Origin: Candidatus Woesearchaeota archaeon
GTDB taxonomy: Archaea; Nanobdellota; Nanobdellia; Woesearchaeales; SKIA01
NCBI GenBank assembly: GCA_046704725.1
Contig: JBJKRI010000006.1
Location: 96,001 to 160,000, forward strand
Length of the DNA stretch: 64,000 bases
Direction: 5' to 3'
Shown: piece after piece, positions 27,721 to 36,956 of the stretch
How the letters are laid out: every line of letters begins with the position of its first letter
How positions within the stretch are numbered: position 1 is the first letter of the stretch
Notes under the pieces: generated by a model
Told to the model about the DNA's origin: nothing
What the model saw: the letters and a program-made list of their open reading frames with translations, nothing else
Databases searched by the model: none
Translations under genes and position numbers: made by a program

Positions 27721-28202
27721 GCGCGGCGTCCGCTGCCATGCTCATAGAGGGCGTAGCGAACGGGATTCTTCGCGGCGTAGCGACGATGCTCCTCCTCCGC
27801 CGGGAAGAACGTGGTGCGCTCGAGGATGTCGGTGGCGATCGGCGCCTTCCATAATGAGTGCATGCGCCTTTTCTCCTCTTCCGCGACGAGCCTCTCCTGA
27901 GAGGTCGACCAATAAATCGCGGTGCGGTATTGCGGGCCGCGGTCGGTGAACTGCCCGCCGTCATCGAGCGGGTCGATGTGGCTGAAGAACGACGCCACCA
28001 ATTCACGGTACGAGACCCCCTGCGGATCGTAGGTGACGCGCACGGCCTCGCGATGCTCCGTGGTGCCGGTGCTCACGCGCTCGTAGGACGCATCCAGAGC
28101 ATTCCCGCCGGCGTAGCCCGGCATGACATCCCCCACGCCATCCAGTTCGCGGAACGCTTTTTCGACGCACCAGAAGCACCCGCCCGCGAAGACCGCATCC
28201 AT
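27702..28202 (-). CDS. msrA: Peptide-methionine (S)-S-oxide reductase
   Basis: FAGGCFWC, GYAGG, HREAV, GQFTDRGPQYRTAI, AEEEH. Confidence 0.93.
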   Translation of the reverse strand: MDAVFAGGCFWCVEKAFRELDGVGDVMPGYAGGNALDASYERVSTGTTEHREAVRVTYDPQGVSYRELVASFFSHIDPLDDGGQFTDRGPQYRTAIYWSTSQERLVAEEEKRRMHSLWKAPIATDILERTTFFPAEEEHRRYAAKNPVRYALYEHGSGRRAQRRRR

Positions 28203-28270
28203 GGAGACAACAAGAGGCGACGGCTTATGAATGCTCCTGTTCATTGGAAAAATGAGAAAGGAAAAAAAGC

Positions 28271-28465
28271 CTACTTCGAGACGAAGTAGATGCCCCACAA
28301 CGCGCTCAAGCCCACGATCGTGTAGACGATGCGCGACAACGCCGACATGGCCCCGAAGATCGCCGCCACCAGGTCGAAGTCGAACAAGCCGATGAGCCCC
28401 CAGTTCAGACCGCCGATGATCAGCAGTACCAGCGCGATCCAATCAATCGCATTCATATCCGCCAT
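28271..28465 (-). CDS. DUF378 small membrane protein
   Basis: LLIIGGLNWGLIGLFDFDLVAAIFG...RIVYTIVGLSAL. Confidence 0.9.
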   Translation of the reverse strand: MADMNAIDWIALVLLIIGGLNWGLIGLFDFDLVAAIFGAMSALSRIVYTIVGLSALWGIYFVSK

Positions 28466-28631
28466 AGGTCGTTCCCCCGTGCGCACCGCGCACAACCCCG
28501 TACATGTCGTCAGAGATTATAAAGGCCGTGTTTTCGCGGCGCACCCCGGAAAACAGGTCGCGCTCGAGGGAGAATACGTTTTTATCCGTCGAAGACATGT
28601 CGCTGATGGGCGAGAGCCTGGGGTGGTGCGG

Positions 28632-29039
28632 ATGATCGAGGACGACGCGCGACGGGAGGAGCAGGACCGGCGAGACATCGACGTGTTCGGGCGCTGGCTG
28701 CAGGACATGGGCATAGGCGATGAGCGCACGCCGCGCATGGAGGAAGCGGAGACCGCGACCGAATACATCGCGCGCCTGGAGGTACCGGGCATGGAACGGA
28801 AAGACATCACTGTGCGGCCGCACGACGACGGCATGGAGGTCATCGCCGAGCGCAGGAACGAGGAGGAACACACCGAGAAAGGCGTGACGCGCACGTCGAT
28901 GGAGCGGCGCCGATTCGTACGCTACTGGAGACTGCCCGCGGGCGTGGATCCACGCAAGGCCAACGCCAAGCTCAAGAACGGCATCTTGGAGATACGCATC
29001 CCTAAAGCATCCCGGAAGGGCATCGAGGTGGATGGATGA
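28632..29039 (+). CDS. Small heat shock protein Hsp20
   Basis: LEVPGMERKDI, LPAGVDP..ANAKLKNGILEIRIPK, IEV tail. Confidence 0.92.
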   Translation: MIEDDARREEQDRRDIDVFGRWLQDMGIGDERTPRMEEAETATEYIARLEVPGMERKDITVRPHDDGMEVIAERRNEEEHTEKGVTRTSMERRRFVRYWRLPAGVDPRKANAKLKNGILEIRIPKASRKGIEVDG

Positions 29040-29353
29040 CCACGAAGGAAGCGGGAGACGCGCTGCGCGACCTGCAGAACTGGGTGGCGGTCTTCGCCGA
29101 GGAGTACGACCTGCCCGACGAGATGATCAAGCAACTGCGGAAACGCATCGAGAAAGTGGCTTTGGCGCTCGAGGACGGCGAGCCAGAGGCGCCCGTCGAG
29201 GAGGAGCGCGTCGTCGAGCAAGAAGCGCTGTCGCAAGACGACGAGGAAGCCCTCGAAGAGGAATTGGCGGACGACGAGATCCACGACACGGAAGAGGGCG
29301 CGGTGCGCGGCTACTGGCAAGAACGCCAGCGCGCCTGGGAACGGGGCGGCTAG
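29036..29353 (+). CDS. Acidic hypothetical protein with EELADDEI...EEGxVRGY motif
   Basis: ATGA overlap with hsp20; motif shared with ORFs at 59247 and 60280. Confidence 0.7.
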   Translation: MTTKEAGDALRDLQNWVAVFAEEYDLPDEMIKQLRKRIEKVALALEDGEPEAPVEEERVVEQEALSQDDEEALEEELADDEIHDTEEGAVRGYWQERQRAWERGG

Positions 29354-30354
29354 AACTGGATCGCCACGCCGGACGTGACGAGCCCGGAGCCGAAGGAGAC
29401 CACGATCGCTTTGGAGCCCGTGCCGATGGCACCCTGTTCTCTCATCTGCGCCAAGAGGATGGGACAGGTGGCTGCGGACATGTTGCCGTACCACTCGATA
29501 TTGTCTCCTACGCGCGAAGGATCGATACCGGTCTTGCGGATGACCCCCTCGGTGATGCGCTTGTTCGCCTGGTGCGGCACGAGATAGATGTCGTCCAAGG
29601 ACCAGCCGAGAGTGTCGATCAGCTCTTGCGTCACTACCGCCATGCTCGGAACGGCATTCTTGAGCACCTTCGCACCCTCTTGCATGCGCAGAAGCCCACG
29701 GATATCACGCGTGATGTATTCGTGACGTGAATCGAACGGCTCGCTCCTGGTCGTGTACGCAAGGATTCCGCGATCGGTATCCTCAGGGACGACCACGGCC
29801 GCGCCTGCTCCATCACCGAACAAGGTCGCATTGATATCCCGACCGAGATAATCAGTGACTCCTGAGAGCCGTTCTGCTCCGATGACGAGGTACGGTCCTC
29901 GTCCGCGGATGATGGCGGACGCTGCCTGGTCGAGCGCCATCGGCCAGCCAGCACACGCCTTTCCGACATCATATGTCTCTCGCACTTTTGTGGCGCCGAT
30001 ACGTTTCTGCACCAAGACAGCAGCGGAGGGGTATTGCTGCGTCTGGGTAACCGTAGCGACAAGGATTCCGTATAGGTCTTGCGCGGACATGCCTGCATCG
30101 TCGAGCGCTGCGGCACCGGCCCGCGCGGCAAGTTCTTCGAGAGGTTGATTTCGTGCGATGCGACGTTCACGGATACCTGTCCTGCGCAGGATCCCCTCTT
30201 CTGTGAGAATCGCTTTCTTGAACCCATCACGGTTCCGGAGAGAGTTTCCGTTCCGATCGAAGTAGAACCACGGCTCGCCGTCCGCGAAATATTTGTTGTC
30301 CCTGATCTCGTCGGGAAGATAATATCCTGTCCCCGCGATCGCTGCGTTCACCAT
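29350..30354 (-). CDS. fabH: 3-oxoacyl-ACP synthase III (FabH/KAS III family)
   Basis: RTGIRERR, KACAG (Cys), LFGDGAGA, VPHQAN (His), YGNMSAAT (Asn), FGSGL. Confidence 0.92.
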   Translation of the reverse strand: MVNAAIAGTGYYLPDEIRDNKYFADGEPWFYFDRNGNSLRNRDGFKKAILTEEGILRRTGIRERRIARNQPLEELAARAGAAALDDAGMSAQDLYGILVATVTQTQQYPSAAVLVQKRIGATKVRETYDVGKACAGWPMALDQAASAIIRGRGPYLVIGAERLSGVTDYLGRDINATLFGDGAGAAVVVPEDTDRGILAYTTRSEPFDSRHEYITRDIRGLLRMQEGAKVLKNAVPSMAVVTQELIDTLGWSLDDIYLVPHQANKRITEGVIRKTGIDPSRVGDNIEWYGNMSAATCPILLAQMREQGAIGTGSKAIVVSFGSGLVTSGVAIQF

Positions 30355-30447
30355 CTCTCGGGTGTATCGCAGTCATTCATAAACCTTGTCCGCACGGGCA
30401 AAGTGTAGCGCACCTTTTTAAAGGGCGGTTCCCGGAACGGGCCCAGA

Positions 30448-30993
30448 ATGGAATCGCAGCAGTTCACCACGACCCTTTTCGGAAAGACCGTCTCGTTCGC
30501 GTACTCAGACAAGGCGCTCGGCTACGTCATCCTCACGCTCCGGCTCATCATGGGCTATGTCATGCTTTCGGCGGGCCTGGAGAAGCTGCTGAGCGGGAAC
30601 TGGACCGCTGCGGGATACCTCTCGCACCTGCCGGCGGGCAATCCATTCATACCCATATTCGCGCCCATGGCCGGCAGCGGCCTGGTGAACTTCCTCGTCA
30701 TCTGGGGAGAGATCCTCATCGGCATCGCGCTCATCATCGGCATCGCCGTGCGCTTCGCGTCGTTCTGGGGAGCGATCATGCTGCTCTTGTTCTGGGCGAC
30801 GAGCCTGACGGGCGGCCTTCTCGCGGGACTGCCCTTGGCGAACGGTTTCGTCGTGGACGACCACCTGGTCTACGCGCTCTTGTTCTGGGGCCTCGGAGCC
30901 TTCGGGGCGGGCAGGGTATTAGGCGTGGACGGCTGGCTGCACAGCACGGGATTCGTGCAGCGCCACCCCTGGATCGAGTGGTTGCTCGGCTAG
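30448..30993 (+). CDS. DoxX/DoxD-family membrane protein
   Basis: LRLIMG...AGLEK, WGEILIGIALIIG, GAGRVLGVD. Confidence 0.88.
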   Translation: MESQQFTTTLFGKTVSFAYSDKALGYVILTLRLIMGYVMLSAGLEKLLSGNWTAAGYLSHLPAGNPFIPIFAPMAGSGLVNFLVIWGEILIGIALIIGIAVRFASFWGAIMLLLFWATSLTGGLLAGLPLANGFVVDDHLVYALLFWGLGAFGAGRVLGVDGWLHSTGFVQRHPWIEWLLG

Positions 30994-30999
30994 AATCGT

Positions 31000-32055
31000 C
31001 TAGAGCGGCAGCAGGACGCGGTGCCTGAACTCGAACATGCAACGCACCTCGACGAGCCACTTCAGGAGGCCGACGAGGTGGCTGGAGATGTTGCGGTTGC
31101 CGATCGGGACGACGCCCCAGTGATGCCCGAGCGCGACGCCGAGAAGCGTCGTCTTAGGTGCGTGGAAATGCAGCAACGGCAGCTTCTTGATGGAGCGGGC
31201 GATGTTCTTTCCCACGAGGCGTCCCTCGAGCATGGCGTTGTGGCCCGTGGCCAGAGCGAAACCCTTCGCGACGTCCCCGCAGAAATAGACGCGCTTGTCC
31301 GCCTTGGAGCGCAAGGTGTCGTCGGCCTCGCGCAGTTTTTCTGGCACGAAGTCGTTGTGCGGCCGGATTCCCGCGCACAGGATGCGCACGTCGGCGTCGA
31401 TGCGGGAACCGTCGGCGAGGACGACGCAGGTGTCCGTGCATTCCTTGCAGAGCTTGCCGAGATGGAAGTGCACGTGGTCCTTCTGAAGGTGCTTTTTCGC
31501 GACTTGCTGCGCCTTGTTGTTGACGCCGTGCAATACGTGCGGGTCGGCGTCGATGATATCGATGCGCTTTGTCGTGTCCTCGGCGAGGACGCTCGCGAGC
31601 TCGACGCCCGTGTAGCCGCCGCCGATGATGGCAACGCGCTTGGCCTTCTCCAAAGCCGGGCGGAGCCGCTCGACATCCTCGAAGGTCTTGGCAGGATAGG
31701 CGTTCTTGGCGAGCGATTCGTTGCCGAAGGTGTTGGAGACCGAGCCCGTGGCGATGACGAGATAATCATACGGCAGGGGGCCCTTGTCGGTCACCACCTG
31801 CTTTTCGGTGATGCGCTCCACGCGCGCCTGCAAGAAGACGTCGTGGTAGTAGTTTCTCAAGGAGAAGCGCACGCGGCGCTCCATGTAGGGATCGGTCAGG
31901 CAGAGATGCAACGCCGGGACGTACTCGAAATAGGGATGCTCGTCGACGAGGGTGATCTTCGCGTCGATGCGCGCGTGCTGCAGCTCGAGCAGGGCTGACA
32001 GGCCGGCGAAGCCGGCCCCGATAATGACGATATGGGGTCTCACCTCAGGTGGCAC
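31000..32055 (-). CDS. NAD(P)/FAD-dependent oxidoreductase (NDH-2/AIF-like)
   Basis: IIGAGFAG, YDYLVIATGS, IIGGGYTGVELA, VYFCGD. Confidence 0.9.
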   Translation of the reverse strand: MPPEVRPHIVIIGAGFAGLSALLELQHARIDAKITLVDEHPYFEYVPALHLCLTDPYMERRVRFSLRNYYHDVFLQARVERITEKQVVTDKGPLPYDYLVIATGSVSNTFGNESLAKNAYPAKTFEDVERLRPALEKAKRVAIIGGGYTGVELASVLAEDTTKRIDIIDADPHVLHGVNNKAQQVAKKHLQKDHVHFHLGKLCKECTDTCVVLADGSRIDADVRILCAGIRPHNDFVPEKLREADDTLRSKADKRVYFCGDVAKGFALATGHNAMLEGRLVGKNIARSIKKLPLLHFHAPKTTLLGVALGHHWGVVPIGNRNISSHLVGLLKWLVEVRCMFEFRHRVLLPL

Positions 32056-32099
32056 ACCGCATAGGACGATTTATAAATGTACTGGCGCATTCCGGACGC

Positions 32100-32768
32100 A
32101 TGCCGACACGAAAGCCTGAAAAGAAGGTGCATCAAAGGACTCCCGTGCGAAAACGCTACGTCACGGCCATCGGCATCGCCGTGCTCTCGGCGCTCGCCAC
32201 GCTTCTCGCGTACGAGGCGTTGCCGGCGACGATCACCATGCACTGGAGCGCTTCTGGCGTCGCGAACGGTTTTGCTCCCAAGTGGCAGATATTCTTTGCG
32301 CCCGCGCTGTCCGCGGTGCTCACCGCGATACTCTGGGCGCTGCCCTACATCGACCCGCAAGGGCGCACCAAGCGCTCCGAGGCGTACGCGAACCTTGTGG
32401 TCGCCATCGCGTTTTTCATGCTGGTGGTGCAAGCGGCCATCCTCGCCAAGAACCTCGGCAGCGCGCTGCCCATGCAAGCGCTCATCAGCGTTCCGCTCGG
32501 CATCCTCTTCATCGTGATGGGCATCTACTTGCCGCGCGTGCCGCGCAACTGGTTCATGGGCATCCGCACGCCCTGGACGCTGTCGAGCGACACCGTCTGG
32601 AAGAAGACCCACCACCTAGGCGGGCGACTGTTCATCGCGTCCGGCGTAATCATGCTCTTGGGAATCATCTTCCCGTCGGCGGCCCTCGCATTCATCCTCG
32701 TGGCCGCAATAGGGACGCTCTTGACGTGCGTCGCGTACAGCTATTTCGCGTGGCGCGCCGAACACTGA
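32100..32768 (+). CDS. SdpI/DUF1648 immunity-like membrane protein
   Basis: LPATITMHW...ANGF, NWFMGIRTPWTLSSDTVWKKTH. Confidence 0.9.
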   Translation: MPTRKPEKKVHQRTPVRKRYVTAIGIAVLSALATLLAYEALPATITMHWSASGVANGFAPKWQIFFAPALSAVLTAILWALPYIDPQGRTKRSEAYANLVVAIAFFMLVVQAAILAKNLGSALPMQALISVPLGILFIVMGIYLPRVPRNWFMGIRTPWTLSSDTVWKKTHHLGGRLFIASGVIMLLGIIFPSAALAFILVAAIGTLLTCVAYSYFAWRAEH

Positions 32769-32771
32769 GAA

Positions 32772-32854
32772 CGCCACAGCCCGGATTTGAACCGGGGATT
32801 CCTTACGGAACAGGATTAGCAATCCTGCGCAATACCAGGCTATGCGACTGTGGC
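32772..32854 (-). tRNA. tRNA-Ser(GCT)
   Basis: Acceptor GCCACAG/CTGTGGC, anticodon arm CAGGA-TTGCTAA-TCCTG, long variable arm, GGTTCAAATCC T-arm, discriminator G, no encoded CCA. Confidence 0.96.
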
Positions 32855-32888
32855 AGCGGATTGGCGAGTCCAAGACGCCTTTTAAACG

Positions 32889-33950
32889 TTATTCTTTGCC
32901 TTCCTCACGGGCATAGATGACATTGACCAGCGCGTTCCCTTTCGTCACAGCGATGTAGAACCCCTCGAGATGCTCGGGATTGAGGCTGGAGACGTTCGCC
33001 AGGAATTCGTCGGGGCGATCGTTGTGGGGGAGGAGGTAGAACGCCACCGCGCGTTCCATATCAAGGAGCGGGATGGGGAGCTTCGTTTTGCCCACGTGCA
33101 GGGGGATCAGGAGGTACCATGGGGCGTCGACCGCTTCGGTATACTTCCGGTTGAAATCCGCCTGCACCTGATGGACCGCCTCGTGCGCCTGTATGCCGAC
33201 CGCCTCGCGGCGCAAGGCGACCAACGTGCGGTCGTAGCTCGCTATCGCCTCTTTTCGCAGCCGTTCCTGATCGCTCTGGAGAGGGTTGAGAGTGAAATAC
33301 CGTCGAACGGTGTCGACCCTTGTGACCAACGGGCGCTTGTAGGCGACCGCCCCGCCGAAGGAGAGCCCCCCCGACAGCTCGGGATCGAGGAAGAAGCGTT
33401 GAGAATGTTCGAACGAGAATGTCGGTATCCCTTCCTCCAGGGTTCGTTCGGGCTCGAAGCGCCCGCCTGACAGGAGGAAGTACGCGCTCCCGAGCACAGC
33501 GTCCTGAGGGGCGTAGGAGACGTGCAGTGCGCCGCAGTCGTCGGTGAGACGAACGCCGAGATAGCTCGTGGACACGTCATGGCACCAGCGCTCGCCCGTC
33601 ATCGCGTTCACCTGGACGCTGTTCCCTGCCTGGCCCACGAGGTACGCGAGCGGTGTACGGGCTCCATGGACGCGCAACCCATCGTCCGCGAGGCGCACCC
33701 CCTGCACAGCCGTCTCTGTGGCGAGGATCGTGCCGATCGTCCTCGCGTCGAGATGGCCCGAAGCGGCAGCATAGACGCTCTTGATGGCTGTATTGACCAG
33801 CGCATTGAGCCCGAAGCGCTCCGCCCGCTGCCAGCCGACGGTGGCCGGCGCGAAGGCGGTCAGCGCGTGTGTCTCCTGCTTTTGTGCCGCGAGCGGGGAC
33901 GCCAGGGAGAGTCCGGCGACGAGGGAGAGCAACGTACGGCGTACATTCAT
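32889..33950 (-). CDS. Secreted hypothetical protein with HExxH (paralog A)
   Basis: Signal peptide ending PLAAQ; AHEAVH; downstream RPDEF. Confidence 0.75.
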   Translation of the reverse strand: MNVRRTLLSLVAGLSLASPLAAQKQETHALTAFAPATVGWQRAERFGLNALVNTAIKSVYAAASGHLDARTIGTILATETAVQGVRLADDGLRVHGARTPLAYLVGQAGNSVQVNAMTGERWCHDVSTSYLGVRLTDDCGALHVSYAPQDAVLGSAYFLLSGGRFEPERTLEEGIPTFSFEHSQRFFLDPELSGGLSFGGAVAYKRPLVTRVDTVRRYFTLNPLQSDQERLRKEAIASYDRTLVALRREAVGIQAHEAVHQVQADFNRKYTEAVDAPWYLLIPLHVGKTKLPIPLLDMERAVAFYLLPHNDRPDEFLANVSSLNPEHLEGFYIAVTKGNALVNVIYAREEGKE

Positions 33951-34040
33951 TACCCGTTAGTGGTATATTTTAGTATTTAAATCCTCTGCTCTGGGGGATT
34001 CCTGCATAACCCTTAAAACGCGCCGGACGGCCCAGAAGGC

Positions 34041-34589
34041 ATGCGCGCACTACTGCTCACATTGCTGCTCGTGGCCGGCTGCACGGCGGCCGCGCAGACC
34101 CAGAGCACGCACGTCGTGCTCGACACGAACAAGGGCGTCATCGAGATCGCCCTGTACAACGCGACGGCGCCGCAGACGGTGAGCAACTTCCTGCGCTACG
34201 TCGACGAAGGCTTCTACGACGGGACGATTTTCCACCGCGTCATACCGGGCTTCGTCATACAGGGAGGCGGCTACACCGCTGAGGGCGTCAAGAAGGGCAC
34301 GCACGCTCCCATCGCATTGGAGGCGGGCGACAAGAACCTGCGAGGAACCATCGCCATGGCCCGCACGACAGACCCGAACAGCGCGACGAGCCAATTCTTC
34401 ATCAACCTCAAGGACAACTCCCAGCTCGACCCCGCACCGGGGAATCCGGGCTATGCCGTATTCGGGAAAGTGGTGAAGGGCATGGACGTAGTGGACGCCA
34501 TCGCGCAGGTTCCGACGGGAAGCCACGGCGACCACCAGGACTGGCCGACGACGCCGGTGGTCATCGAGCACGCCTACGTGAAGAAATAG
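34041..34589 (+). CDS. ppiA: Cyclophilin-type peptidyl-prolyl isomerase, exported
   Basis: FHRVIPGFVIQGGG, IAMART, SATSQFFIN, GYAVFGKV; lipobox-like LVAGC. Confidence 0.93.
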   Translation: MRALLLTLLLVAGCTAAAQTQSTHVVLDTNKGVIEIALYNATAPQTVSNFLRYVDEGFYDGTIFHRVIPGFVIQGGGYTAEGVKKGTHAPIALEAGDKNLRGTIAMARTTDPNSATSQFFINLKDNSQLDPAPGNPGYAVFGKVVKGMDVVDAIAQVPTGSHGDHQDWPTTPVVIEHAYVKK

Positions 34590-34625
34590 CATAAGGCTTA
34601 AAGGGACGGCAGGGCAAAGGAGCCC

Positions 34626-34985
34626 ATGGCAAGGGTCAGTCTCATCCATCGTTTCGGGCACCAGCTCACCGCAGAAGGCATCGCGGACGTCCTCGAGGAC
34701 GTCGCCAGGACATACCGGTCGAAGAGCCCGGGATCGGCGACGGTCCATCTCGAAAGGCGCGACGGCCCCGACGGGCCAGTCGCTCTGGAACGGCTGCGCA
34801 CAAGCGCGGAAAATAGAGACTTTGTCCGGTACGAGCTCCCCGGGTTGGAGGCAATAGCTGTCGTCGGCGACCGCGACGTGGGCTTCATCGCGGATATGAA
34901 GTACGCGGGAGCCCGAGCCGTCATCGCACGCTACGGCGAGAGATACCTGCTCTCCCGCGGCGTCAGCAAGGTGAGAGCCGCCTGA
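34626..34985 (+). CDS. Hypothetical protein
   Basis: Fills the gap between flanking genes, with TTAAA upstream. Confidence 0.55.
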   Translation: MARVSLIHRFGHQLTAEGIADVLEDVARTYRSKSPGSATVHLERRDGPDGPVALERLRTSAENRDFVRYELPGLEAIAVVGDRDVGFIADMKYAGARAVIARYGERYLLSRGVSKVRAA

Positions 34986-35018
34986 AACCCTTATAAGGAT
35001 AGAAGACACAGGCCCCTG

Positions 35019-36914
35019 ATGCGCTGGTTGCTCCTCCTATTCGTGCTGGCACTGTTCGCGGTGCCGATGGCGCACGCCGAGCAATACATCTTCGACTCGA
35101 CGCTGTACGCGGCGCAGAACCTCGACGTGAACATCGCCGTGCAGAACAATATCACCTTGCAGGGGGACGTGCAATCGCTCACGGCGGAGCTCTTCTACTA
35201 TCCCAAGCCGTTCGGCGGGCAGACCGTGACGTCATTGACGACGACGCCGAACGCGCAGAGCACGAGCGACTCGCTCTTGTACCGCTGGGTCGCGCCGAGG
35301 AACCAAGTATCGCTGCTCATGAACAGCACGGTGCACAGCACCTTCTGGCGGCCGGCCCTCACTCACCCCATCCCCTTCCCCTACAAGACGGTGCCCGCCG
35401 CGGAGCAGCCATACCTGCAGAGCGAGCCCATCATCCAGATCACCCCGCAGATCCGGCAGCAGGCCGCGGCGATCGTCGGCAGCGAGACGGACGCGGTCAA
35501 GGTGACCTACCTGCTCGGCAAATGGGTGAAGGACCACGTGCGCTACGACCTCAACAGCGTCACGGCCAAAGCGACGGAGACGAGCCAATGGGTGCTCGAC
35601 AACAGGGAGGGCGTGTGCGACGAACTCACCAGCCTGTTCATCGCCATGGCACGCGCAGAAGGCATCCCCGCGCGCTTCATGTCAGGCGTCGCCTACACCA
35701 ACCTGCCATCATTGAACAGCAACTGGGGCCCGCACGGCTGGGCTGAGGTGTGGTATCCGGGCGTGGGCTGGGTGCCCTACGACGTGACCTACGGCGAGTA
35801 CGGCTACGTCGACGCGACGCACATCAGCTTCCAGGCCACGGCGGACGCCAAGACCGACGCTGCGGAGTACCGCATGCTCTCCCGCGGAGGCGATTTCAAC
35901 GCAGGACCGATCGCGCGCGACGTCACCCTGCTCGACAGGGGACAGGCGCGCCCGTCGGACATCAGCGTCCAGATCGCGCCCGCGCTCAAGGACGTGGGCT
36001 TCGGTGGCTGGAACCGCATCGACGTGACCGTGCATAATCTGCAGAACGAATACATATCCACAGAGCTCTACTTGGCTCGGACGGCGCATTTGAGCACGTC
36101 GGACTACAGCCAGAGCATATTGCTCGCTCCGGGAGAGCAGAGGACATTGCATTGGCTCGTCCAGGTGGACCCGTCATTGCGTGCCGGCTACGTCTACACG
36201 TTCCCCGTGGCCGTGAGCTCGAACACCGACCAGACATACGAGACGAACTTCACGGCACGCAGCGGCGGCGTCCTCGCGACAGAGCAGCAAGTGAGCGTGC
36301 CGACAGAAGCGACGGGCTCGCAACCGTTGCTCGGAAACCTGTCGTGCAAGTATCCTGAATCCGTCCTGCACGGACAGACCTTCACCGTCAACTGCACGTT
36401 CCCGCGGGCAGTGAAACTCTGCCTGACCAGCTGCGTGACGGGGACGAGCGTGAGCCAGAACTACACCTTCACCAGCGTCGGCGTGCACACCATCGTCGTG
36501 TCCGCCGAGGAAGGCGTGCGCAAGCAACAGCAGATACTCTCCGTGTCGGTCATGGACCAGCCGCACATCAACATCAGCGTGGAAGGGCCCAGCGAGGTGA
36601 ACGTATCGGGCAACGCGACGCTCGTCGTGCACGTCGCGCGGGACAGCTTCTCCACCCTAGGAGACGTGAAGCTCACCCTCGAGCATCCATTGCTGGGACA
36701 GAGCTGGGACCTCGGGACGCTCGACAGACCAGTCACGCTCGACATCGCGTTCTCGGGAGACCAGCTCACGGCGGGAACGAACACCCTGCGATTGGTCGCA
36801 AGCTACGACGGCAAGACAACCACGGACGCCGTCGAGGTGACGCCCGTGCCGCACACATTGTGGGAGCGCATCACGCTCTGGCTGAACAGCATCGTGGCGG
36901 CCCTCGGCCTCTGA
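35019..36914 (+). CDS. Secreted transglutaminase-like domain protein
   Basis: GVCDE (Cys), PHGWAEV (His), WVPYDVT (Asp); signal peptide; Ig-like C-terminal domains. Confidence 0.9.
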   Translation: MRWLLLLFVLALFAVPMAHAEQYIFDSTLYAAQNLDVNIAVQNNITLQGDVQSLTAELFYYPKPFGGQTVTSLTTTPNAQSTSDSLLYRWVAPRNQVSLLMNSTVHSTFWRPALTHPIPFPYKTVPAAEQPYLQSEPIIQITPQIRQQAAAIVGSETDAVKVTYLLGKWVKDHVRYDLNSVTAKATETSQWVLDNREGVCDELTSLFIAMARAEGIPARFMSGVAYTNLPSLNSNWGPHGWAEVWYPGVGWVPYDVTYGEYGYVDATHISFQATADAKTDAAEYRMLSRGGDFNAGPIARDVTLLDRGQARPSDISVQIAPALKDVGFGGWNRIDVTVHNLQNEYISTELYLARTAHLSTSDYSQSILLAPGEQRTLHWLVQVDPSLRAGYVYTFPVAVSSNTDQTYETNFTARSGGVLATEQQVSVPTEATGSQPLLGNLSCKYPESVLHGQTFTVNCTFPRAVKLCLTSCVTGTSVSQNYTFTSVGVHTIVVSAEEGVRKQQQILSVSVMDQPHINISVEGPSEVNVSGNATLVVHVARDSFSTLGDVKLTLEHPLLGQSWDLGTLDRPVTLDIAFSGDQLTAGTNTLRLVASYDGKTTTDAVEVTPVPHTLWERITLWLNSIVAALGL

Positions 36915-36956
36915 GCACAGACGTTTTATAAGGAAAGGCGCGCTCTTCTACCGTAC

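Noticed and set aside
32772-32854. tRNA-Ser as an integration site
   Set aside because: No duplicated tRNA 3' end or adjacent integrase was seen in the window.
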